From: Fimbriosthenelais zetlandica
Lineage: Eukaryota
NCBI GenBank assembly: GCA_977030845.1
Contig: OZ365109.1
Location: 56,792,001-56,856,000, forward strand
Reading direction: 5' to 3'
Length of the DNA stretch: 64,000 bases
The notes under the pieces are model-generated. The model saw nothing but the letters and a program-made list of their open reading frames with translations. It had not been told where the DNA came from and did not search any database. Each line of letters opens with the position of its first letter. Positions within the stretch are counted from its first letter, which is position 1. Shown one piece after another: positions 47,501 through 60,165 of this stretch. The position numbers were made by a program, and so were the translations under genes.

Positions 47501-50500
47501 TCAGTGAAACGATATGCTATTGTCTAAACAAGAAAGATCATATATAAAAGAATATTTTCTGTACAGATATGATTTGCAGTTTGGCCATTTAGAAAGCAGG
47601 TGATTTGTTTTGTGAATGAGAAGAAAAGCTATGACCTATGTGCACGATCCAATTTCTCACTATAGAAACTCGTGTTATATTTTCTTTGAATTTTGTGAAC
47701 TTGGTCTATAAATTAGTTCTGAACCATTATGCTTCTGCTGGACTGGCGGATTCTGCATCGCCTTGCAAAAATAAGGCCCAGTCACAAACGTACACGTAGG
47801 CCTACATGAAAAAATACACTCAAAAGTCGCCTATCGCCCAATCTGGGGGATAATACAATGCCAAACAATTTTAAATCTCTTTAAAATAGTTCAATATTTT
47901 CCCTTTATTACCCTACCTTCATACCAACAATACGAATTTCATGCACTAACGTTACTAGGGGATTACAGTGATTTCTCGTTTATCATTTGACATATGGCAA
48001 GGTAAATGAATGGGACTTTGTTCTATTAGCCCCTATTGTCAACTTCAGACTTTTGATGCACATGTCATTTGCATCTAGTTTCCTTCTATGCTGATTCAAC
48101 CATTCTATCAGCCATATCCATTTCAGTGTTGGTCGTAGCCATGAGGGATTGACTCCGTTCATCTGAATTGTGCATGCAATAAACAATAGGCAAATGGGTT
48201 CATCGATTTATCATATTAAGTCATTATGTAAATAGGAATTCGATTTTGTAATTTGAGTGCTTCAGTTGGGTATACCTAATGGATTGATTGGCAACAAATG
48301 TGTGATAGGAGATGACCAGAAGGGAAATTAATACTTTGTTGTTATTATCTTGGCGGGATCTTGGATCTTAGATACACGACAACTGATTTCATAATAATGA
48401 TGGGTAATATTAACCAGCTGTAAGCATTAATATTATGGGATGATGAATTTAGCGGAAATGAGAGACATAATTGTATGGGACGACCCTCAGCAAATATCAA
48501 AATTGAGGCATTTATTTTGCAGTTTAGAAAAAATATTTATTTCCATTTTCAGACAATCACAATTGATTATATCCCTAAGTCTATTCACATATTGTATAAT
48601 GTTTAATTTATCACAATCTATATATTCAAAGTAATATAGACTACATACATTTACTAAACAATAGTTATATGATATTGTAATACCGATAATATAATAATGT
48701 GTAGCATTATTTACACTCTGTACTCTATATTACGTTCCACAGTATATCTACACACGTATCCAATATAGGAATTTAACCATATTGGAATATATGCCATTAT
48801 GGCAAATACGGGATTTCTGATGGGCTGGATGGGAAAGATATATATATGTCAATATCTCATGTACAAAAATGTAACGGACACATATAGAAAAGTCCATTAC
48901 AGATCGCATATTATACCACAGATTAGATTAAATTTCAATCGAGTTTATCCATACATACCAACTCGGCTCGATATACATAAAATGTCACTTGCTATGTCCA
49001 CCAATCTTTAAAAATACAGAGTAAAGGGATATTGCAGGATATAATAACAACTCCCTAGCAGTCTATCAGAATACTGAGCATACTTAGAGCTCTCAACTTC
49101 AAAGTAACTTCTTTCTAATAGGAGTCTATCTTAGGCTACATTGTTGGTGCACCATTAAAACAATTCTATCAGACTGATGTGGCACTGTCTTGATAAGCAG
49201 TATACATTATTGCTTTTTTATTGCTTTCAGTAGTCAACTTTCACCCTCAAATTCATAAGTTGGTAATAATTGTGAGAATTCTGTATAAACGCATATTGAA
49301 AATTTCTACTAAGGTTTATAATTCGATGAGATTCTATTTTTTATACTCAGTATCAGATATTTACACGTTCTCCTATCGACAAAATATCATGGTGCAGTCA
49401 GACAAATGTTATAATTCCTCAAAATATACATATTAAAATATTACAAAAGGGTGTCAAATAAAAGATTTATCTTCCAATAGAGTTGAGGATTTGTGTGTCA
49501 TACCACATGGAATATAAGGTCGATAAATAGTGGATCTCGAGTTGCATATCTCGTGATAACTTTACTTGATAGGGATGTAGTGTTTGAAGTGTACCCTATA
49601 ATATGTGACGAAGGTAAGTAGAATTTTTTAAAAAGCCACTTCACGGGACACAAAGAACCACAAAGGATGTGCTTGACACACTGCTGTGTAATGTCAAAAC
49701 GCTCGCACCTCCATTACATGGAAATGCATCCCATGCTCCGGTTTGTATTTACATGGCAAACATACTACGTCTTCTGAACTTCAATCGGGCAATTTCCGAG
49801 CGCTTCCAAAGCGAATCTTTACAATTTCCCTCACGGTTTAAGTGCATCTTATCATGGGAGCGGGGTTTACAGGCGTGAGACAAGCGTTTAAGACTTATGG
49901 AAGGTGGAGTTCTTTAGAGCACACCTCATCATATCTACCTGACCATGCATCGAGAGGAAAGATTAAAGAACAAATGATCGATTCGTGAGAGCAAACAATC
50001 TCAGCTCTGAAAATATTGCCCAGCCGTGAAGGGGGAGGGATGGTTGTGTCCCAGGGAGCGGTTAAATACTAGCTGGTTCGTTGACACCTTTTTGTTTGTT
50101 TGCTGCGCTACTGGGGCTGTTCTTCCATGTCAACAAGAGAAGGTGAGAGGGGTAGATAGAGCAAAAGAAGAGGCCGAGGATCTTCTCCCAAACTAGCGGA
50201 CGATCACTCAAGTCAACACGGTTGGGATACTTGCCTCTCACCACAGCACCCTCTACTGTACATAGTAGGTATATGCCCTCTGCATAGCCCTTCTCCCCTC
50301 GAGCCCTCGGGGCACAGACATGGCCCTTACAAAAGGTCCCACGTCTGAGCACCCTCCAACTCAAGTGTAATTATCATCCGGCTAAAGTGTTCATTGCTTC
50401 CTACTGCGTCTGTTTTCCTCAGAGATTTTCCTCAGAAAATATATCACTCATGTCTATCACCCCTACCCCATTGCCCTCTTGGTAGGACAAAGCTTTCCGT

Positions 50501-52625
50501 GTGCACATTTCCACCCTACTTTTTACCTAATCCAAAAAACTGATCTTCTGTCATCAGCACACGTGCAATTCCCCATTCTGTAATGCATGGGAATTTCCAG
50601 GTTTTCACCATTGTTATTTGTGATCTTAGATGTGAGGGATGAATTTTTCCTGTCTTGAAATGTGAAATGATTTGAAATGGGTGTTTGATGTTTCTAAAAA
50701 ATCAATAGGCCTATGCCATCAAGAGCTTTTAAAGAAGGCCATTGATTGTTCATTGTTATAGCTATGTCTGGATGGATGCCCTTTGCTGGTCTCTTTCTCT
50801 CTATATGCCCTCCTCTGATGGGACACAATAAAATTGGGCAAGGCATCAGTACAATGGCAACCATAGTATGGCTAGGGCATATCAGGTCAAAAGGTGAGGC
50901 TGGCGGGGGACATAATGGACATCTTGGGAGTTCCGGCTAAGCAGTGTCTTCAAGGCAAGTGGTGCTGGAAAAATTGCTGAAGCAAAATGTCCCGGCCCTT
51001 CCTCGAATCACATTTGCCCCCTAATGCCCCCAATTTCATTCGCGGCACGGGCGGCGAGAAATTCCTCCCGCTCACGCCATATGCGAATTATCGTGTCGGC
51101 GGGTAGTGAAGGATAAATAAGCTCATCTATTTCACGACCATTTTTGGTTGTGTGGACGATACCACATCTCTGATCCAATCTAGCCTGACCATCCCTCAAG
51201 GGGATCCAAGTATAATGCCGAGCGCCAAAGGAGGAGGACTCGGCCCAAGTTTGTAGCATTCCACCATTGTCTGCCTTGGTCCTCTGTTACTTACCAAGTT
51301 CCCTATATCACTGTCTATGTGACACAGACACGCATCTTCTTTTGTGTAGAAACCATAGATGATACCCGCTTTAATACAATGCTACACTTCCTCTGTCTTT
51401 GATAAGACTGCTGACTTTCGACCGAACCTTTCAAACGTGATGTATTTGACACTTCCCCAACTAAGTGGTGAAGATCTTTAGGGGTATTGACAAACCATAC
51501 ACATCGCCTGATCCAAGTTTATCTTTCCTTTCCTCTCTTGTTTGTTGAATAGAAACCTTTAGGTCTATCCAGGTATACATATACATCCCCCTCAATAGTT
51601 CTTTAAAACTTATCAGTTATCAAATATAAGCTCATTGAAATTGAACAATGGTGGTTAACGGGGGAAATTTATAAACATGGTGAAAATTCGTACATTCAGT
51701 ATTTCATCCCCAAAACTTGCACTATGCATTGTAATATGATGCTGGTAACACGTTAGGGAAAATATTCCAAGCTTCTCAGAGTAATTCAAGAACCACGGGT
51801 GTTATTTACAAGGGAGGAGGAAACGTTAGCTCTTCATAGTAAGATTACATCATTTCCAATTTACCAAATGCCAGGCCCGTGTCAGATTTGAAGGGCCGAG
51901 TCACAGTGCCTGGTTTGATCGATCAGAATATGGTCAGAAAAGTATGTAATAGAGGGCTAAACACGAGAGACACTGCTGACTGGCTGGTACAGCTTTGCTC
52001 GGTTTCAAATGGTGATACCATCTGGATTGGCTATTTGATCCAGCCTTACATAAGGTGTGTTATTAGCGAGGTTGATTGGAGGTGTAAATGGATATCTTTA
52101 CCAGCTGACTCCCATCCATACATCAAAAGCTCCTCTGGTTGATCACTGGGGGTTGTTTGTATGTAGACGTATTATAGCTCCCCTCTGGCAAGGTGCTCCA
52201 TATCATTATATAGCATAAATAACTTCACATATACATCCGAGAAGGTTCAGGAGTCCATCAGTAATTAATCAACTCTTAACTCTGTAGTCACTAGGATCAT
52301 GTAGAATCTGATGGATAAGGGCATCAGATGATCCATAATATATTATAGGAGTCCGTTTGTTATAAAAGTTTGTCAATAAATAAAAGGCAATATTTTACAT
52401 GTCAAATTCAATGATGAACTTCAAAAGGTACAGATCCGTGGATTAAACTGTAGAGAGTAAATTCAGTTCTTGATTGTCAGATTGTCAAAACGTCGGTATA
52501 ATTTAGGTAATCCAAATGAAAAAGTTTTTGATAACATTAATGTATCTGTTTTTTCAATGTTGTGCCTTTTGAATATATATTTCTCACTGAGTAAGTGTCA
52601 CATAGTATTTGGCGATGATTTGTTT

Positions 52626-53948
52626 CTATTTGAGATAGAGGTAGGGTTTCACATTCATGACCTCTTCATCATGAGCCCAGCGTTGGTTATGATGATCATG
52701 GTTGGGACATATTATAGGGCCTTCAGTAAGGGCTGAATCAGGCCCTCCTGTCTCCGTACTCACAGTGCCTACACTCGCCTGATCATAGTGCTTTGGTTTC
52801 CGGTCACAACAGCAGCAGAAGAGATTCCGGGCCAGGGCACGGGCTTGATACCTCAGGTCTGTATCGATGAGCCAGAGAAGGGGACTGAAGCCAGCCGAGG
52901 CATAGCCGAGCCACACACAGGCCGACCAGACCATGGGATCCACACACATGCCCTCACAGAATGGAATCATGACGTTTAGGACGTAGAATGGAGCCCACAT
53001 GACGACCACCGACAGGTTGACTCCGACCACCGAGGCCGCGACGTTACCCACAGACGCTGTATCGACGAGCGCCAGGAAGTTGGAAGTGGAGTCGGGACAA
53101 CAACGCTGTTGGTAGAGAATCTGCGAATCGTTCATTCCATACAGGTGAGATTTGTGGATGCGCGTTCTTGATCTGAGAGCTGAGACAAGGATTGCCATGG
53201 TGACAAGAAGTCCCATGAATCCCGGTCCGAAGAAAGCAGCCAGACTGATTCCAATGGCATACTGACGGGTCATGCTAACGGCGCAAACTTCCTCAAAGAT
53301 CATGTCTGCGTCCTTGTACATCTGAAGGGCAGGGGGGATGATAGTTCCCAAGGCAACAATCCATGACCCAAGTACCAGGCCTAGAGCCCGCCCGGTACCC
53401 ATCCTTCTGTGGTAGTAGTAAGGTCGGAGGACATAGATGAATCTATCCACTGTTATAACGAAGGCCGACCAGAGAGTTAGAGAACTGAGGAACATTTGTA
53501 TGAGAAGCCATGCTCGACAGATTGTAGGGCCAAATGTCCAGCGTCCGTGGACTTCTGTGTTCACATTAGGGGGTACGACCATCACCCCCATGAGAAACTC
53601 CACAAAGACAAAGTTTATGATGAGTAAGTTGAGCGGGCGCACCCGTCCAAGTTTGGGACGCCTGGCAGCTGTGAAAAACATGTAGAGACATGATAAAAGG
53701 ATCCAGACAGCCAAAGCTGATCCACAATAGATAACAGCCATGCTTTGTGGTTTATGTATGACTATCCTCTCCGCTGATTTGTTCTGAAAAATGACCACCC
53801 AGGCGTCATGCCATAGGGTACCGTTATGGTAGGTGTGTTTGTGGTTAAGTCCAACACCCCAATGGTCGGAAACTTGAGGGTGAGTGTGGTGCGGCTGGAG
53901 GGGGCTGGGCCCGGCGGCCGCGGCCAATGATGGCACAATATTCGCCAT
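52626..53948 (-). CDS. Intronless class A (rhodopsin-like) GPCR, biogenic-amine-receptor-like orphan, 440 aa
   Basis: Long ORF with seven hydrophobic segments. It has N-glycosylation sites NGT and NKS, the ECL1/TM3 pattern GRWTFGPTICRAW, DRF, WAPF, WLGY and a C-terminal CCCC. The first ATG is at 53948; the track's extension to 53984 uses a non-ATG start. Confidence 0.93.
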   Translation of the reverse strand: MANIVPSLAAAAGPSPLQPHHTHPQVSDHWGVGLNHKHTYHNGTLWHDAWVVIFQNKSAERIVIHKPQSMAVIYCGSALAVWILLSCLYMFFTAARRPKLGRVRPLNLLIINFVFVEFLMGVMVVPPNVNTEVHGRWTFGPTICRAWLLIQMFLSSLTLWSAFVITVDRFIYVLRPYYYHRRMGTGRALGLVLGSWIVALGTIIPPALQMYKDADMIFEEVCAVSMTRQYAIGISLAAFFGPGFMGLLVTMAILVSALRSRTRIHKSHLYGMNDSQILYQQRCCPDSTSNFLALVDTASVGNVAASVVGVNLSVVVMWAPFYVLNVMIPFCEGMCVDPMVWSACVWLGYASAGFSPLLWLIDTDLRYQARALARNLFCCCCDRKPKHYDQASVGTVSTETGGPDSALTEGPIICPNHDHHNQRWAHDEEVMNVKPYLYLK

Positions 53949-55840
53949 TATAATTTGATTAGTCACGATCGTCCGACAACCCAATAGAAACTTCTGATCG
54001 ATGAGGGTGAGATAGCGATAGGCTTATTGCTTAACGCTTAAGACGGTTTTAAATGAAGCAACGAATGAGGCTCATTAATATCTGTCACCAAAGTTAAAAA
54101 ATAAAAAGTTTGTTTCACTTCTGTTAATTGGAGATATTACTTTCAAATGCTTTCGATTGGTGTGTGGCACCTCTGGCAATCCTTATGAATTATTCAAAGA
54201 TTGATTGTAATGATTGGGTAATTTGTCCAGTGTATTTTGGTAAACCACAAAGTATCTTGCTGACCCTTGAGGCCGGTCCACTTGCCAAAATTGCAGTCAG
54301 TGTAGTGGAGTGGCAGAAACACATTCATTGAGGTCCATGCACTAGAAGTTGTGTATGTAAATAAATATCACCTTGTGTTAAATTATTATAACCAATTCAG
54401 GACGACGTCCAAATGCACATGTGATGGATAAACCAACCCCTTTCCTTCGGCTATAACTGTAGGAAGGAAGGAACGTCTCAAAAGGTGAACACAGTCACAA
54501 CAATATACAGATGCCCAGTGAAAAGGTAGGACACTTCCTTCAGCAATTACTTCTCAAAACACTTGGCTGTTTGGTGGGCTTCCTGGGTTTATTTTTACAC
54601 TCCGTCAACTTGATCTCAAAGTTATACACCCCGAGTTGGGAAATACACATGAGAATGCCAGTTCAGACAAGCCTTTTGCCTTGAGCTTTAAGATGTCTGT
54701 GTGTACTTTTACGTCTCCTCCAGGCTATTTTCCCCTCCAACTTATTCCCTGAAGAAAACAGCTGCAGTGAAGCGCACTTATCTCCTCAAACTTCACAGCT
54801 GTGAAGTGTTCCTCTTTCACAGAGTTGGCAAATTAAAACAAAAAACCAATTAACACCCCTATCAAATTTCTGATGTGCCGACAGACCAGCCGTCAATGGG
54901 TTTCTGTCATCGCTCAGAAAAGCACCAAAAAATCAGATCAAAAAAAGCTTTGATTTGCGCCCAAAACTTTCTCAATCCGAGCTTGATTGATGCGTGGTGA
55001 TTTGATGATATATCATAAAGTTGTTCTCCAGCTGTGTGCTTGTGTTTTTGTCCAGGGGATCTGTGTTATAAGATCACCGGAACCAAGAGAACATGAGAAA
55101 TATCCGCCTCCTTCTCTTAGCCCTCTCACCCTCCTCCCAAATGTCGTCTGCCTTGGACTGGTCAGTGTCCAATGTTTCGCGCCCTCTTTCACTTGCGCCG
55201 CGGTCTCTGGTTGTGGTCAACGTCTAACTGAAGAAGATCCACTTTAAGAATGCTTTTATCTCTCCACCTCATCCTCCGCGACCGCATGTCCTCCCGCCGC
55301 CACCCTCGGTATCTTTAAGAAATGATAAGTAAAATTCTCCAGACGAAAAGCCTGGCGTCCTCGGTATCTCTCAATGTATGTAAATAATGTTAAATGCTCA
55401 GCGAAAATAAGGCCTAAATAGGGCCAATAGTCAGATTCCAGACGAGATGCGAGAAGAGAAATAAAACACCTGGCTAGTCACATATATCTCCCTGAACAGG
55501 TGGTGATCAACTTCTCAAGAGATGTAGCGCACAGGTGAGATAATCAAGTGAGGTAAGTCTTTTTGGTAGGTAGGTAGGCGTGAGTATGAGAGAAGAGGGA
55601 GTGGTAAGTGAGGGATGAAGCGATGTAGAGTGATGCCAGGCTTGTTCTGCTGCTTGGTTGGGCGAGCTTGAGTTATATAGGAAGATTCCCCCTCTCTTTC
55701 TCTGTGTGTCTCTCAGTCCTCCGTCTACCAGAGAAGCGCTGGTGTGTGTGGTGGGAGAGAGCGAGGAGGAGGTGGAGTGTGTGGACGGTGAGGGACCAAG
55801 AAGAAGTAGAAGAAGGCTGGCCAGTATATGACGCTGATCT

Positions 55841-55859
55841 TGCCCGCCAGATGGCGCTG
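55841..55859 (+). promoter_or_regulatory. Strong CTCF-like motif upstream of the GPCR
   Basis: TGCCCGCCAGATGGCGCTG matches the bilaterian CTCF core CCRSYAGRKGGCRS. Confidence 0.45.
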
Positions 55860-56229
55860 ATGAAGCATATTGACCCGCCTACAGCACTGAGCAGACGACA
55901 AATTCCATCCCTCTCTATGGATACCGCCCGGATTCCAGCCAAACTCTCATCTTTCTATCATCTTGGATGTCACAAGTGGAATAGAGAAGGCAGATCCAGT
56001 CCCATTCTTGGCTTCAAATCTTCCACCGCAGCTTGTTGCGATAACAAAATCTTGACCTTTTTACGGGATTGTTTTTGATATAAGGATGCATTGATCTTCC
56101 TATATGGGCGTCTGATTTCTGGTTTTGTAATAGGAAGGACGTCCAGGCTATGGATATGAAGTAAAGAAAAACTAGTAGTGTGCTTCGATATGCTCCCTAG
56201 AGACAATGTCCCGTCCCTGATCTATTGTT

Positions 56230-56421
56230 GGGGCTTGTTTCACAACAAAAGTGAGACAATTAAGCCCCTGGCAAGTCTAGGAATGTAGCCTTTTTTTCTC
56301 TTAGAACGTATTCCGGGACCTCTTTCAAAAGCAATAAGCGCGGTATTAGCCTTATATATAATAGCCCTAACATTAGCTAATGCGCGCTTATTGTGGTGTA
56401 TTACTTTTATGAAACAACCCC
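56230..56421. mobile_element. 192-bp MITE (GGGG..TGTTTCA family)
   Basis: GGGGCTTGTTTCACAA ... TTATGAAACAACCCC, with an internal stem CAATAAGCGCG..TTAGC / GCTAA..GCGCGCTTATTG. Same terminal family as 63518-63816. Confidence 0.6.
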
Positions 56422-59400
56422 TCGTCATCCTGATTTATAGCTTATCAGCTTATAGTCCACTGATCTATAATGGCGCCAGCATTATATCCAGGCTCGTTTC
56501 ATAATAGAAACAATAATAATTGATTATGAATGGGACCACACTGGCTTTAAGGGGCTTTATACTTTATCCAAACTATTTCTCATTCTCTATTAATCTTCAG
56601 TATATTACTCTGCATGGTGACTTGGGGGCAAATAGCTTAGTCTCACAATACATCTTGTGACAAATTAAAAGATGGAGTAAAAACATAGACTACTCCCCGA
56701 AGATGGTCTTTTACGTCAAAGTAATTAAATAAACTGTTGTATGTTGACAGGAAAGTACTGAAAATATTCAAATAAAACATCTATAAATAGGGCCTGAAAT
56801 ATATTCTGATCTTCCCTTCCTAACAATAGTTACATTACTGGGCTATCGTATAGCATCTATCTTATTCTGAAACTTGTATAATAAGATATGTATATATTTT
56901 CTGCTTCCTTTTCCCACTCACTGCTCCTATATCAGACGAAGAAAATGTGAGAGTATACAAAATGAAAAATACACATTATTCTTTAGTGCTAGATTCAAAC
57001 ACCTTCTCTGAATCCGACTTCTTCCACCAATACACGTGAAAGAAACGCATAATTATGGAGCCTCGCCTTAATAACTTTTAATTACAATTAATGAAAAAAT
57101 AATCAAATGTTCCGACTTGGATCATCCTATATTACTGAGCATAATTTGGTCAAAAGTGATGTGTTCATTGACCTTTTTGCGAAAGGGTCTTGGTGATGGC
57201 GACAATTATTGCCGAGTTATTTGTGACGATAATAACAGTTGATAACTCAATTATAAACATTAACGAGGAAGCGCCGGTAGGACACTTATGGCCCGAGGGA
57301 ATGGGGGTATTTTCAGCACATACCTAAGTGAGTGTTAATTACATGTTTTAGCTATAAGACGAGCTTCATGTGATTGTTAATATCTATAGCCAACGTGAAT
57401 CACTGTCATTTTGGGTGGTCTTGTGACAGCGGTGATAATTTTGATAGTAATAATATCTTTTAATCTTATAAACTTTTGGTAAATACCTTATTCCTTCTGG
57501 AGACATGGACATGAAAACCATTAATCAATGCAGGATGTGCATGCACTCCTTTCACAAGTAATTTCTACATATTTCTACCTTCATAGTTTTTATATCTTGT
57601 CTGACAACTTTTACTAAATGGTAAGAAAGGAAAAAATAGAAATCGGATATATCAATCAGAATGTTATGACTCTTGACTCATTGCATTCTTGCACCCAACT
57701 CTCCAAAAGATATATGATTTCTTGTTTAGTCATTTATAAATACTTTCATCACTGATATGTACACTTGACCCTGATCGTACTGATCGCATTACCCTGCAGC
57801 TGATGAGCTTAATATTTTTCCATGGAGAATTCATGAGTTCATTTTCCTGTGAGATATTGGCCAGGTGTTATGTCAGTGGAAGGTCACAAAAGCCATTTGT
57901 TGCCAAGACGAATGTTTCACTGACAGAAGTATCTGACTGCCTGCTCAAGCCACAACAGGGTGTTCACTAGGAGGTCACTTACTTAGTTATCTTTACGTGA
58001 TACTTAGCCTTTCCATGCTTTTGGCATGAGGTTTTGGTGGATACAGCATGACATATGTATATCTTGGCCCTCCTCCTCGCCCTTGTTTGATGCCATCAAC
58101 CTTCGCCACAAGGCGCTAAAGCCCCATAGATCACGCTGGTGGGTGCCCTCTATAGGCCAAGAAGCTAAGATAGGGAAGGGGGCTTTATAAGGCCTAAAAT
58201 GACAAATGGCATTATATATAGTTCTCAAGAGGTAAAACCCGAGACATTTAAAACCTCGATTAAGCCTCGGATTTGTTCTTTTACATCTTTTTAAGAATTC
58301 ACCACAATCTGCTCCGGAAGTGACCTATTGTGGTGACCGTTTTCTTTGACTTTGAGTTTGAATCATACTATACTGATCGAGGGTTCATACATTGCATGTG
58401 CATGCATGAATTCTGCAGTATATTGATCTTATCTATTGGGCATAATTACACTATTATTGCTTTATGCGTTACTAGGTTACTATGACAATTGTCATGATTG
58501 ACATTTCATAGATAATTTGTTGTCTTTGGACTACATATTATCTCCAGGAATATTTAGGAACGTCGTCTTTGAATTTCTTATCCAATTGGGTGATTATTAG
58601 ATCCAATTAAAGATAAAAGGCCATTATATTACACATAGATGGGCCCTTTGAAAAGTGATGTAATCTATCTGGAATAATTGGTATTTAATTGGAATTAATA
58701 TGAGGAATGGTTTGGGATCATTGCTGAAATAATCCACACACCCTTCATGTAACAAGCAGCAGACAACAGTAAGAATAACATTCAAATTCCAGGTTTTCCC
58801 TGGAATGTATCCATGGGTCAAAAGTTTGAATAAGGTTGGTTGTTTCTCTTTGTGAATTCCTGGTGTTTACATGCGTCTCAAATGTAAGATAAAGTCAGTG
58901 GATAGTTAGTGTTTGGACCAGGGCCGATATAGAGCTAGACTTAACAGGTCCTTGCCTGATGCCATATATCATCACAGTTTTACATAGCACTGGACCTGTT
59001 TAAGGCAGAAGCCTGCACCCATTTCAAGTGTTTCGAACCAGCCTGGTCACATGCCTCATGCTCTCCTCCCCAACTTTAACAGTCTGTTAAGCTGATAATA
59101 TTGGATAATGGACAATTCGTCGCATGTAAAAGGTCCCTGCCAGACATGTACTGTGGGTTTCCTGAGATAACCAAGGGATTCCATTGGTATCAGACGGCCA
59201 GAATGGGGGCTTTCCCTCCAACAATAAAATAACCCTCGGAGTAAACAATGCCTTCACCCTTCTCTGTCCTCTACAAATTGAAAAATCCTTTTGAGGAAGA
59301 GACAAGGGGGCATCATCAATAGTGTGCATGAAAATGGGCATTGGAGCGCGACCCGAACATGTGCCCAATATGTTACATATACAATGCATGTAACCTGCAA

Positions 59401-59929
59401 AACATTTTAAGCCCTGGCTGGATCGAAAATGGCATAATCTCGTCAATGGATTGATTCAATTATAGCAAGAGGAGGTCGCCTGGTTTGGTTTCTATAAACA
59501 CGATACTTGAGGCAGATCTGCAGCTTAAGCCCTGGGTAAAGGAAGGAGAGTAGATACATAGAGAGATGACACCCTCTCTGTAATGGCCGCTCCCCCCATG
59601 GACAGGTGAAGGAGAAGATGAAACGCCCTTCACTTACAGTCCATACCACTTGTCAAGGATTGATAGCCTTCCCCACTCGTATGACCTTAGTTAATTAGTT
59701 TCCAAGACAACCATGTCAATCATGATGACCCCCTGAGTTTAATCAAAAGGTGTGAATGGAAAGGTGTGAGATTTTTGTTCTCGACATTCCATGGTTTCTG
59801 TGCGGTATCGGAGTGCCGTGCTGAGTGCATTAGCTCTGCTTCATATATCTTTAGATGCATCGTTTTGGACTTCCTTACTACATTTATATTATTGATAAAT
59901 GGTGCAAACGCCTTCCCTCCCCAGTTACA

Positions 59930-60165
59930 TGTTCCTAATGTCATCCAAACGGGCGTTGGCCTCTGTAGGAAAAATGAGCAAGAAATCTTTTGAAACACGC
60001 CCTGATTCAAATAGCGGCGAGCCAACAGAAATCTTACAGCTGCTCAAGATCTCTTTAAGACAGGAAGTAAAAGTATCATGTTTGAGTACATTTCCTTTTT
60101 TCCCTGAGCACGCGGCTTCCAGCGAAACAAAAGCAGAGGCTGGATGCTGGCACGGCCTCGGCCCA
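59930..60165 (-). pseudogene. Possible decayed DIRS-type tyrosine-recombinase fragment
   Basis: The minus frame reads PASAFVS...VLKHDTFTSCLKEILSSC, followed in shifted frames by AHFSYRG and NWGGKAFAPFI. These loosely resemble the YR motifs PAF...LT..F...LK..L, HSFRRG and W.S.A...Y. Judged by eye only. Confidence 0.25.

Noticed and set aside
53949-53984. N-terminal 12-aa extension of the GPCR ORF
   Set aside because: It starts at a non-ATG codon. The first ATG is at 53948 with A at -3.
55668-56078. 136-aa ORF
   Set aside because: Low-complexity GA/GT-rich sequence with a non-ATG start and no homology. More likely regulatory or UTR DNA.
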